Source: an uncultured Clostridia bacterium (lineage in GTDB: Bacteria > Bacillota > Clostridia > TANB77 > CAG-508). Taken from it: DNA of 64,000 nucleotides. The notes beneath the pieces were generated by a model that saw only the letters and a program-made list of their open reading frames with translations, had not been told where the DNA came from and made no database searches. The position numbers and the translations under genes are program-made. The stretch is from positions 88,281-152,280 of the forward strand of contig CANRGE010000001.1 of assembly GCA_947630065.1 (NCBI GenBank). Direction: 5' to 3'. Positions 22,801-34,403 of this stretch are shown here, in pieces; within the stretch, counting starts at the first letter, position 1; each line of letters starts with the position of its first letter.

Positions 22801-25656
22801 TTTCTCTACATCTTTAATTTTCCAATATGGAATTTCTATTAAAGGAATGTTGTTGACTAAACAATAATCCTTTTTTATTTTATCTCTTTTCTATTGCTAT
22901 TTTAATGAATCAAAAAATTCTATATCATGTAATGTTGCTATCCCTAAACTTCTATTAAAATTTCTTTATTATCAATTATAACACTAAAATCATAGCTAAA
23001 TTTAGGTAAATCTTCAAATCTTTTCTATTTTGTAAAATAAAAATTATTTTTTTTAAACATCTACAACAACTTATTCTCCTTTAGAAAAATATTTATAACA
23101 TTTAGGGCAACCTTTTGTTTTTGAAAAATCTGCTAATCGTACAGAGTAACAAAAACCACATTTATGTTTAACTAAACTTCTTTTATCATTACCTTTATAC
23201 TAAAGCAACACATATTCTCCATTTCCTTTTTCGTTTAACCATTTCTAAGCATCTTCAAAAGAAAATTTATTATGAATTTTAAAGCAGTTAGGACATATTT
23301 TTCCATTAAATTTTAAGGTAACATTTTTTTCAAAAATATATCCACATCTATTACACTAAAATTTTGTTTTAGAATTTACGCCATGCCACTCTAATAATTT
23401 TATATATCCACTATCTAATTCTTTAATCATGTGATTATATATTGTATTATATTCTTTTTCACAATTTTTACAAAAATAATCTTTTCTTCCACACATTAGT
23501 GCTTCTAAATTTTGAATCTTTTCAATTTCTCCACACTTATTACATTTTATTCGCGCAGATGCGCGTAATCCTTTATAATCAATAATAGCTAAATCAGATT
23601 TAGGATATAATCTTTTTAACTTAAAAATTTCTAATCTTTGCTAATTCCATCTTGAAAAAGGGTTATAACAATTTTTACATAAAGTAATTCTACTTAATAA
23701 ATTTCTTGCACATTTATATGAATAAATTTTTCCACAATTTAAACATTTATATTTAATTTTTCCTTTTTCTTCTTCAAAATCAATAATTTCAATCTAATTT
23801 TCTTTAAAAACTTGTTTTAATTTTTCTTGAAAATCCATTTAATTCCTCCAATTCTTAGCTGCTGATTACCCATTATTTAGTACTTAGGATAGTCATTCCA
23901 TATACCATATTACTATTTTTTTCTGCTTTCGCCGCATTAACCTTTTGGAGAAAAGTTTTTAGCATAGTAATCTTTAGGGAGTCCCAGCAATTTCAATATT
24001 TTAAGCACCAATTGATGCCGTTTTACTCATAGCATAAGCTATTCCGTTAACATCTGCCGCGGCGTGAGCAGCTAACTCTGAATAAACATCAGTTACTTGC
24101 TCACCCTAACTCATTTCCATATGGAAACCACGTAAAGCTGCTGTCATTTGTGAAGTTGCAGTAGAGAAGTCTGTTCCTGCTAATGTTGCTAACTTCATCG
24201 TAGAACGAGTTAGTTCAAGTGATTCGGCAGTATCAAGCCCCTACTAATAAAATAATGCCGAAGATTGTATAACATTTTCGGTTGTTTGTCCTAACTCATT
24301 AGCCATTGCGGCGTATTCACCGTAACTACTCCACATATCTTGTACGCTATAAGTTGTAACCATTGCTATTGAAGCAAATGCTTTATCTAATCTTTGTACG
24401 TCCTAAAACGTCTCTTGTATTATATGTCTAATAGTATTCCATATTGTACCAATTGAGAATAATGATTTAACAGTATTTTGCATTTGCTCAAATGTGTCAT
24501 TTAAGTTACTTTGTGCCTATTCTTCTTGATATATTTCTCCTATAGTTTCATTAGTAGTTGAATTTAGTTGACTTTGTTGTCTATTTATTTCTGATAATGC
24601 ATTAGTTTGATTTTGAACAGATGCAGCTACCGCATTATTTATATTATTTAATTCTGTTGTTCTTTGCTATTCAAGTGTTCTTGTTTGTTCTAGTACATTA
24701 TTATAAGTAATAACTGCTTGTGTAGCTGCACTTGCCTAAAAATTACCCGATGTATCATAACCACCTAATGAAGTAGCACGTCTAATATTTTTTGAAACAG
24801 TTCCTTCATTAACACTATTAGGGTCAACCTCATTCGCTGCTTGAACCGCAGCTTTAGACATTTTTTGTAAGTCTTGTGTATAGTCTCTAACAAACTAAGC
24901 TGACTACAAATATGCCTAATCTTCTTCTGAGAGCTCTTTACCTAATCCATCAAATACTTCCTATGTGCTTTTTCCTTCCATTATTATATCAGCTAATGCT
25001 TTTTTATATTGTTCCATAAAAGCAGTATTAGATGAAAGGTCTGAACTTATAGCAGTATCTGAATAACCTAAAATCGCGGAGGTAGCTGCACTTTGCCCTT
25101 GGGCGTTTGCATTTTTCATCTAATTTGATACAGTCTTAAATCCACTTGACTATTGTGAATAAATGTTAGATAATACGGCAGCTAAATCCTTACCATCTTC
25201 TATTGCATTTCTTAATTCTTTTCTATTACTTTTTAATGTAATTACTTGTTTATTATTTTCACTGGTAACTTCTAATGCTGCATTTTTTAATTCCTAATTT
25301 CTTTCAATTATCGCCTGCATCTAACCGTCAATTTTCTACAGTTCCTAAGAAGTTTGAGAATAATTCTCAGCAATATTAAGCTAATTTAATCCAGTATTTA
25401 TTTTTGCAAAAGATGATTGAAGTTTATTAAACTAATTAGAAAAATTCTAAATATCTTTAGAATTAGAGAAACCACGAGATATTTGAGCTAATAAATCAAC
25501 AACTTCTTTTTCTGCTTTCTATAAATCTTTATCGACTTCAGAAAACATTGAATTTTTAACACCTTTTGATTCCATCTAAGTACGAATCTGTTTTAAAGAC
25601 TATAAAATTTGACTTGCATCAAATTCGCCTTTAAATCGTATTGTTTTATCTGCCAT
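13887..25656 (-). CDS. Tape measure protein (~2531 aa), four exons: 25656-24015, 22646-22564, 21109-20873, 19520-13887
   Basis: Exon lengths 1642+83+237+5634 = 7596 nt, in frame. The spliced core reads SKTASIANSAGMDFETTSAFLTQMIETTQEAPENIGTAMKTIIARF...RNSQRYIATTAAGSRQQSRFIAMM. C-terminal AFKTGGLVNYTGTAWVDGTPAKPE; long coiled-coil-like body. Confidence 0.9.
19843..20733 (-). CDS. Intron-encoded homing endonuclease with two tandem HNH modules and C-terminal NUMOD1-like HTH
   Basis: HRLLAELF...VHHKDGRPYNNDLSNLEW and EIWKPF..YEVSNMGRIR...HRAVYETF...INHIDGNRANNRLSNLE; several in-frame TAG; AAGGAG RBS. Confidence 0.88.
20788..20816 (-). promoter_or_regulatory. sigmaA-type promoter for the intron 3 endonuclease
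   Basis: TTGACT-17 nt-TATAAT with TG extension on the minus strand. Confidence 0.75.
21438..22421 (-). CDS. Intron-encoded GIY-YIG homing endonuclease
   Basis: MDYGYIYYVKNEVNGMMYIGK...YKGSG...LEKYYL...FYN; joins ORF fragments 22029-22310 and 21438-21983 through TAG; GGGAGG RBS. Confidence 0.88.
22468..22496 (-). promoter_or_regulatory. sigmaA-type promoter for the intron 2 endonuclease
   Basis: TTGATT-17 nt-TATAAT with TG extension on the minus strand (coordinates +/-2). Confidence 0.65.
22647..24014 (-). mobile_element. Group I intron 1 in tape measure gene; ORF in P6 region
   Basis: P1 GGCAU/GUGCU with a U.G pair fixes the 5' splice site. Core motifs P gaaattgctgggac, Q gtaatcagcagc, R ttcaaagactat, S aaaatatagtct. 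3' end is 22647 (A) or 22641 (G). Confidence 0.88.
22738..23838 (-). pseudogene. Degenerate intron endonuclease: repeated CxxC Zn-ribbons plus DUF559/Vsr-like nuclease domain, two frameshifts
   Basis: Open for 255 codons to TAA at 23071, right after SKGE. A shifted frame gives FSYDF...LIEVQGQQHY; a second shift near 22930 gives RDKIKKDYC..NNIPLIEIPYW...KFKDYL, overlapping P7. Confidence 0.75.
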
Positions 25657-25670
25657 TTTAATCACCTCTC

Positions 25671-27713
25671 TTAAAATTTTCTATTAGGAGAAATCTTAAA
25701 TGCAAAACTTAAATTATCTTTAAAATGTATATCAATACCTGTAAAGTTTATATATAAATTGTTTATTAAAAATGAAACTATATTTTTCGTATTTTCTTTT
25801 GATAACATCTATTCTCTTATTGGTATCCAAGAAGATAGTAAATTAACTCCAGTAGTAACTTTTTTTTCTTGTTTTTCAGATGTAAAGAAAAAAAGGTCTT
25901 GCTAATTTTTTTGTAATTCATACCTTAATGCAAGCTCCATTGCTATAAAAATTGTTGACGCAGGAATAAAATTAAAATTTATTATATAAAAATTACTCTA
26001 AGCTTTTTCGTCCATCTGCTTTTGTTCTGTAGCTTCATCAAAACGCAAATAATTAGGTATAGACTATATTAAAATATTATTAGTTTTAGATATTTTTTCT
26101 TCTTCATCTACTGTTTCAATTGTTTCTTTATTATCTTTTATTTTTTTTCTAAAAATAAAGAATTTATTTTCATCATCATTCTGTTTTAAAAAATAATTCT
26201 ATAATATACTATACATAGATTTTTCTATATATCTTAGCATATGTCGCTCATCACTTAATTTATTACTTTGACTATATATAAAAAGAGTATCTTGTATGGA
26301 AGTATAATTTTTTACCTAAAAGCCCATGCTTTGAAATTTTCCCATAGTTGTTTTTGTATCTATTTTTACATCTACAGCTGCTTGTCCAGTACCATAATTA
26401 GTCTAACCTAAAACTTTTACAGTATCATTATCTCTTTTTATAGTCTGGAGAAACAAACTAAAAAAAATCTCTCCTATTTCACCAGCAATCTAAGATGAAT
26501 AATCATTTTTTTTCAATTCATCTAAAATATTTGGATTTTCTTTCATCAATTCTGCTAATTTAGTAGATATATTTTTTTCAGTAACCCAATCCTAAAACTA
26601 TTTTGCTACATTATTATTATTTTCAGTAGCTTCCTATAAAGTAGTTTTTTGTAAAATAGTTTTTTCTAAAGTCTCTTCTATAACCTCTAAAAAAGCATTA
26701 CTATATGCTTTAAAATCTTTTTCTCCCGTTGTATTTTTTTCATCAAGTTCCGCAAACTTCAATGCAAATGCATTGTTTTTTTTACCTAATTCAATTACTC
26801 CTATATGTTCTTGAAATAATTCTTCTGTCATTTTTTTTCCAATTTCATATAATAATTCATATGTTTGTTTAGAATCAAGAAAAAAATTAAAATCACGGTT
26901 TTTATACATCTCTGTAAAAGTTTTTGCTTGTTCCCAAGTCATATATAAGAATGTTGTTTCTCCATCTTTAGTTGTTCTTTTATTTAATCTTATTGACATA
27001 TCTCCTATTTTATATGATTTTGTTTCATATCCTCTTAAATTTTTCTCTAATACACTAAGCTCTATATCATTATTATCAGTTTTTTTCCCACTTATACCAA
27101 AATTAAAAGGATATGCTTTAAAAATTTTTTGAATAGAATCCTGAATTTTTTCTCGTATTACATCATCTACATTACCCTTTTTATTCTTTTTATCAACAAT
27201 TATGTCAAGTAGCAACTCCTCTATATCTACTAATATCTTTTCTATTTCCTAAGTTTTTATAAAATTTTTACCTTTAATAGTACTTCGTATATTTGTAAAT
27301 TTAGTATATTTATTATTATCATCATTTTGCTCACTAATACTATTATTTGACTCTTGATTACTTGTTTTTTTAAATTTATCTTCCTCTATTGCTCGTCTTA
27401 TAATATCTACGCCACCAGTTAAATTTTGTACGAATTGTCTGTCATAAAAATATTTAATAAAATCATAATTTGAATAGTTTTCTCCATAAACTACTTTTTT
27501 TATATTTTCCTAAAATGCCTAAAAATTTGCAGGTGTTTGAAGATAATCATATAATGTCCATGCATCGTTCCAATTTCCAATATTTCCTATAAATTTATTG
27601 TAAAGAATTTGTTCCTTTTGAAAACTTTGATATGCCTATTTTCTTAATTGAGTAATTGCATAATTTTTATTGTTAATTATGTCATTAGATGCATAATTCT
27701 AATTACTCACCAC
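25671..27713 (-). CDS. ~680-aa hypothetical protein with candidate PD-(D/E)XK-type nuclease motif
   Basis: GTG start after GGAGGTG; frame of fragment 26634-27215 extended through TAG; contains AGEIGE...AAVDVKI...GFQVKNY. Confidence 0.7.
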
Positions 27714-27760
27714 TATCCACTTTCACCTCCCAACAAAAAAACGACATTATAATAATGCCG

Positions 27761-28657
27761 TTAAATATAATCTCCTGTTAATTCCTTATCTAAGAAAAAA
27801 ATTTTTGCTACAGTATTAGTTTTATCTCCTTCTTCGGGATAGCCAATAAAATAAAAATCACTAACCGTAGAACTCTCATAATTTTTCCCTAATCTCATTG
27901 ATAAATTAGAAGATAATTTAATTTTCGGCAACTCCAATATCACAGTAGAAACTTCTCCACTAACTTCGTCCTTATAACTCGCTTTTGCGTCTAAACGCAA
28001 AAAACCATTGAAAAGTCGATTCCCGACTTCAATAACCTTAATTTTATCTTCGTAATTAAAGGTATAATCTATCATTATTTTTCTATATGATTCCTTAAAA
28101 AAGATTTTATTTCCATATATTTCAAAATCTTTTATAGGTAAACCATTGTCATAATTGTAACAAAAAATCCATTTAGTTTTACTTGGCGACAAAGGCTTTA
28201 ATAATAATTCTTCTCGCCGTCCCATTGGTAAAGCTTCAAAATCAGGATTAGGCTATGCACCAATTATTGCACTACACGCATTTGGGCAATATTTTAAATC
28301 TATATAACAATATTGTTCGTTTTCTATAGTATGTAATGTTTCAATATAATTAACAGATTTACTATTTAACTTATCATTCTTTGAATTACTTAATAAAGCC
28401 CAACTTGTTGGTGATAATACACCATGAGTTATCATAAAATCCATCTACTTATCTATATCCCAAATAACTAATGGATTATTATTATATCCGCCACGAGCCT
28501 AATGCTCATTTTTTCTTTCATTTATCTAAGCTATTTCCGCAGTACGAAAACTTAAAATAGACTCGTTGATGTCATATTTTCTTCCATTAAATTCAACTGG
28601 TCTATTTAATCTTAATGATACATCATACAATTCTTTAATTCCTCCAAAATGTTCCAA
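27761..28657 (-). CDS. Divergent tail-tube family paralog 5
   Basis: TTG start after AGGAGG; FGGIKELYDVSL...ARGGYNNNPLVIWD echoes the family motif; three fragments join via TAG. Confidence 0.7.
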
Positions 28658-28746
28658 AAATACACCTCCTAAAATACATATTCTAATTAAGAAGTATAAG
28701 ATTACTTTAATATCTCTAAAAAAATAAGATGGCATTATGTGCCATC

Positions 28747-30165
28747 TTAAAAAATTTCTTTATTATCAAAATCTATTTTTGCCGTTTCTTGCTTTATAAC
28801 AGGCGTATTAGTATAATGAGAACGTTGAGGAATTATTCTTGTACCACCATAGACATTGTCTTCTATAACTTCATAGTGTTTTAATTCCATTAAAACATCA
28901 TTAGGCGGCGAAAGAACATCTATACTCATTGAAAAAACTGTAGGTTCACCTTCTGCCTCTAATGTAATATTAGTATCACTCGAAACCTAAGCCCTATGAA
29001 TTGTAAACTAAAATCTTTCATCTTGCTATGTTTTCTAATTTCTTATATATGTTTCACCTGTTATTTTATAAATATCGGGAAAAGTGTCAGAATTTATAAC
29101 TAAAGTTTTTCCTAATATTCCATCTTTTTCTCCCTCTCTATGTTTTACTGTTCTACTCCATTTTATAAATGGTGTGCCAATTCTTAACTTAAAAGACCTT
29201 TTATCATTGGTATGAAAATATTTGTTTTCATCTTGTGTAAAATCTTCATTATCTATATCCCAATCTTGAATATTGCCCTCACTATCTATATTTAATAAAG
29301 GCAACATTGTTTTGGGGTCATAATAAATAACATAAGAACCGCTTTCATCATTAGAATAATACCTTAATAAATTTTTCTTCTATTCATAAGTATTGATAAG
29401 GAGTCCTTCTTTTTTACGAACAATATCACGCTCTGTTCTATCAATAACCTCAATATCATATTGCTTTGTTTCAATCTAACCAATTTTATTTATATTAGTC
29501 AACTAATTTATTATTTCCTTAACAACAGTTGAGGGGATAGCTAAATTGGGAACATCTTCCGCCTTCCATTGAGTAGCTAAATCATTTCCTTTTGACTGCT
29601 CTGCTAAAATCTCGTTAAAATTTCTCTAATAATAAGCCTTTCTCAATAATGTTCTATTTTCTTCAATATATTCATTATTCTTCACGTAATTAGGATATGT
29701 GAAAGTTGCTTTTTCAGTTTTTCTAACAAGAGAAGCCTAAATAGAATCACAAGCGGCATAAATAACTTCCCATTCATCTTCCGTTAAAGCGGGAGAAGGA
29801 TAGGCTTTTATTGAATAATGTAAACTGCCATATTTATTTGCCATATTGATTTTAACAATAGCAGATGAATATTTTGTAAATTTTGCATTTAATCTACCAC
29901 CCCAAACTAAACTCATTGAAGCAGGACTAAATAAGGCATCTTCTAAATTTAATGTAATTTCTTTGCCAAAATTCCAAGAAACTAATTTTTTATTTCCATA
30001 GCCGCCAGTTGCATTAACTTTTTCAGCTTTCTTTTCAATTGTAGAAACTTTTAAAGTATCAAGGTGGAGAACTGGAGTATAATATTCTTCATCGCCAACA
30101 GTATTTATGCTAAAAAATGTTACATTGGCTACTTCTTTTATGCCATATTTCTAAAAAAGATTCAC
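28747..30165 (-). CDS. Tail-tube family paralog 4
   Basis: MNLFQKYGIKEVANVTF...LHLDTLKVSTIE...TGGYGNKKLVSWNFGKEITLNLEDALFSPAS...ITLEAEGEPTVFSM. Confidence 0.78.
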
Positions 30166-30180
30166 TTAGTTCTCACCTCT

Positions 30181-32310
30181 TTATATAGAAACTGTAAATG
30201 TTAAAGAATCCACATCTTTATCATTTTTTGTTAAAAAAGTAATATTGCCATCAGTGTTTACATTAACATCAGAAGTCCAATAAACCTCTCCATTAACTAA
30301 TATTGCCGCCGCGCCCTCTTCTTGTGTAGCAATAAGTAAAATATTTCTATATTTTTCCTTAGCCTCTTTATTAGTAATAGTAATAACATTATCATCAGAA
30401 ACTTCTAAACCTAAATCCTTAATCATCTTATTAACACTTTCATTATCTTTTGGTAGCATTAAATAAGCTTCAGAATTATTAAAAGGTTCTAAAACATCAA
30501 CAGGACAACAATAATAATTATTCTTTTCTGGTAAAACAATTTTATAATTTCTTTCACCTAATATAACACTTATTTCAGGCTCGCCACATCTCATACAATC
30601 ATCATCATCATAATTAGCAGAATGAGGAATTATTGAAGTACTTCCACTACAACAATCATTTTTATAATCATATTGGGTAAGTTTCATCATCACTCCATCA
30701 TCTCTCCGCATAACTGACATATTCATAGTAAATGTAGTAGGTTCGCCATCTGCCTAAAACATGAGATTAGTTTCTGCTGACATTTTGCATAAGGGAATTT
30801 CAAACTAAAATTTAGAATCTTTTCCGTCTTTTCTACTACGACTATAAGTAGTACCTATAAGCCTGTAAGTGCCTGGAAAATGATTAGCGTCTACAATTAT
30901 TTGATGACCCAATGTTGTGTATTGCGGTGCAATAGAACGTTGCCATTTATGATATATTTCATTCTATTTAATAATTCTAAGATTGCCATTGATTATTGCG
31001 CCAGTTTGACTATGAAATTCATTTGAATTTGGTTCATATGGTCTTTCCGTTTTAGGGTCAATAAAAACAGTTAAACTTGACTACTAATATTCAGGTAAAT
31101 CTTTAAGAAATGACATTTTAGTATTAGCATCTGTGTTAATACAAAAAGTTTTATTTGCTATATGTTTTTCCATTGTATCTAAATAAGGAACATTTTCTAT
31201 TCCATCTTCAATTGGGTGAATAAATTCCTAAGTTGAAATACCATTAGCATTAAAGGTGTCATTTATATAGAACGTTCCTATTTTAAATTGTTTTGTGAAA
31301 ACAGCTTCACCACCAATCATATAAGATACTTCTTTATAAAAATCAAGAGATGAATTATAACAATTTTTAGAGTGTTCTTTTATTAAAATCTTTTTATTGA
31401 TTCCCTCACTATTAACTCTTATACGAATGTCTGAATGTTCCTAATAATATATTTCTTGTTCGCCTTGTAAAGAAATCATCTAAACATCACAATCTATCCA
31501 GTCATAATCAAAAAATGTATCTTTTGAATTTATAAAACTATTAGGACTAAGCCATGATTCACAATTTTGAGTATCAATTGTTTTTAATAAAAATCTTTCT
31601 AATTTATCTGATGAATCAGTGTCAGATTCTGCGGATTTTTCTTTTTCTGAAAAATTAAAAGTACTAAAATTATTCATTATTAAGACTGCTTTTTCAGCGG
31701 GCTAACCTTTAGAAAATAATTCACAATTATATTGATAAGTATTATCTGTACTTTTTTCTTTATATAAATACTTTACATTTTCTTTTAATTCTTTTTTTCC
31801 ATATCCCAAAAAATCATCAGTATATTTATATGTTCCTGTTAAAGCAGTTATAAGACCTTTTTTCTTCTCACCTGTGCATGGACATATATACTCTATTATA
31901 GTCTAATTTTCTGATACAGAGGGATTAGTTCCCGTAACATCATTATAAGCAAAATAAATAGTTCGTCCTTTTTCATCTTTCTTATATTGATAAGGATTCC
32001 AAAAACCTTTTATTACAGTTTTATCTAAACCAAATTTTCCGCCCCACATTAAACTCTGACTTGCAGGTGTAAATAAAGCGTCCTCTAATTTAACACTAAT
32101 TTCCTTACCATAATCCCAAGTAATTAAGTTCGGATTACCTATTCCACCTTTAGCAGACGACTAAGAAGCCGTCTGCTCTATAGTGGATATTTTAAGTGTG
32201 TCAAAATACATTAGAGGAACATAAATTTCATTATCATATCTATCAAGTGTTATGCCGAAAAGAACGCAATCAGCGACTTCTTTTATGCCATATTGTTCAA
32301 AAATACTCAC
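30181..32310 (-). CDS. Tail-tube family paralog 3
   Basis: MSIFEQYGIKEVADCV...FDTLKISTIEQTA...KGGIGNPNLITWDYGKEI...EDALFTPAS...FPGTYRLIG...ADGEPTTFTM. Confidence 0.78.
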
Positions 32311-32325
32311 TTGACCGCCTCCTTA

Positions 32326-34320
32326 TTACTCGACTATCACTTCTGATGAGCCATCAACGGCATAGAAACAGCCGTTTTCTCCTTCTACCATTTTGGTACG
32401 TGATTCATATACGTTAATTTCCATCATATTACCAGCGGGCGGACTTGCTACTTCTAAGTCAAGATTAAATACTGTCGGGTCTCCATCTGCGGCTAATGTT
32501 AATGTATGGTCTGACTTAACTTTGCAGAAAGGAATTTTAATCTGCATATCCTAATCCTCACCAGTATCACGGCTTCTTATATGAGTTTCGCCAATCATCA
32601 TATACATTCCAGGGAACTAATCAGCTCTTACAACAATCTTATGACCTTTTATCTTTTTGCTTTCAGGAGCTAAAGTCAAAGATTGAATATAATATGGCTC
32701 ACCTTGGTGAAACCAATAATCATCATCATAAGGCTACATTGTACGAGGATTTATGTAAGACCATAGTTTACCACGAACTTTTTCACTTTCCAATCCAGAA
32801 TTTGGTACAACATCAGTCTATTTTTTATCAACAGCCCAATCTGGTTCTGTTCTTATTGTGGCAGCTTTTATATCAACTATATTATCTTTATATTTAGTAA
32901 TCATAAAATAAATCATTTCATTTATACTCTAAAATCTTATCCACATATCTATACCCTTAAATTGTGAAACGTCTACATCAGGACAGGGGTCAAACCAAAC
33001 GACTTTTTTAGCAGCTGGTTCACTACTTACAGCGTTTTCCTCTGATGTATAGCCTAAACTTGCATCATCTATACTAACAGCAACGCCAACTAATGGAATG
33101 TAATTATTATTATTATCAACTATTATAGCTAAATAATCAGCATCTTTTATTTTATATGTGGCATCTGCTTTATTAACTATTTCTGTACCGCTATCATTTT
33201 TAAGAACATCAACCTTATGATTCCATAAATAATTTCTTAAAGTAGTACCAACATCTTCTTCCAATTCTATTAAAGAAATGTTTTTAAGTTTCTTTTCTAA
33301 TTCACTATCAGATTTTATTTTATAGAGAATTTCAGTAGTTTCATATTTATAAGAAATTTTATCACTTGAATCTGTACGAGTTGCCTAAATCTAAGTATCA
33401 AGATTTCTTAATGGAACATAATAGGTATCATCTTTCAAAATAACGCCATTTTCATAAACTGTATAGTCCAAATCTTTTAATAATTTTGCTAATGTTATAA
33501 TAGGTGCTTGTGCTACTTCTACAGTTTTTTCTAATTTCTATTCTACTAAAGTTCCCTAATCTTCCATAGCCGCGTCATAAATGATTTTTGCTAAAGGCGG
33601 CACTTGAAATTTACCTCTATTATTGATTCTGTAAATAACGGCATCTCTATAATTCTCATAATCAGGCAACGAATGAACGCTAACTTTTCTATCCCAATCA
33701 ATAGTATAAGCATTTCCTTTCACGTCAAAAAATCTATCAGGAACAACAGCTATTGATTTTACAGCAGATTCTACTGCCATTTTCCATTTATATGTTTTAT
33801 TTCTAACAGAGCCAAAACCTCTTATATCAGTTCCGTCAACAACAGATGAAATTTTTAATAAATCAAACTAATCATCTACTACATCTGCTTTTATTTTAGG
33901 TAGCAATTTACTAACAGGTGTTCTATTAGAACGAGGATAGAAAGCTTTTTCGGTTCTTTGCAAAACTGTAAAAGGATTACAACATTCACAGACTCCTGTC
34001 TAATAATCTATTTTTCCGTCTTTCCAATCGGCACTTAATATGCCGTTCCAACACATACCTAAAGACGCGGGTGAGCATAAGGCATCTTCTATACTTATGT
34101 TAATCGTTTTACCATAATCCCAACTAACTAATCTTAAATTACCTTTTCCACCTTGCGCCCAAGTATTCTCTGCCGTTTTCTCGGTTGTTGAAATTTTTAG
34201 AGTATCTAAATGAAGTGCTGGCACATAATAAAGTTCACCACTGCCATCAGACTTTTTATGAATACTATAAAATGTAGCGTCAACTACATCATGTATTCCA
34301 TACTAATCAAATAAAGTCAT
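32326..34320 (-). CDS. Tail-tube family paralog 2
   Basis: MTLFDQYGIHDVVDATF...LHLDTLKISTTE...QGGKGNLRLVSWDYGKTI...EDALCSPAS...LAADGDPTVFNL. Confidence 0.78.
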
Positions 34321-34351
34321 TCTTTAACTCACCTCGACTAAAACTTTATAG

Positions 34352-34390
34352 AAAAAATGGCTATTGAACTAATTGATTCAATAGCCAATT
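34352..34390 (-). terminator. Intrinsic terminator after the major tail protein
   Basis: Minus strand reads tggctattgaa-tcaattag-ttcaatagcca-tttttt. Confidence 0.8.
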
Positions 34391-34403
34391 ATTCAATTAT
34401 TTA

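Noticed and set aside
19521-24014. Inteins or group II introns as the TMP insertions
   Set aside because: The insertions contain in-frame TAA stops and non-coding group I P/Q/R/S cores; no Cys...His-Asn intein ends, reverse transcriptase or domain V seen.
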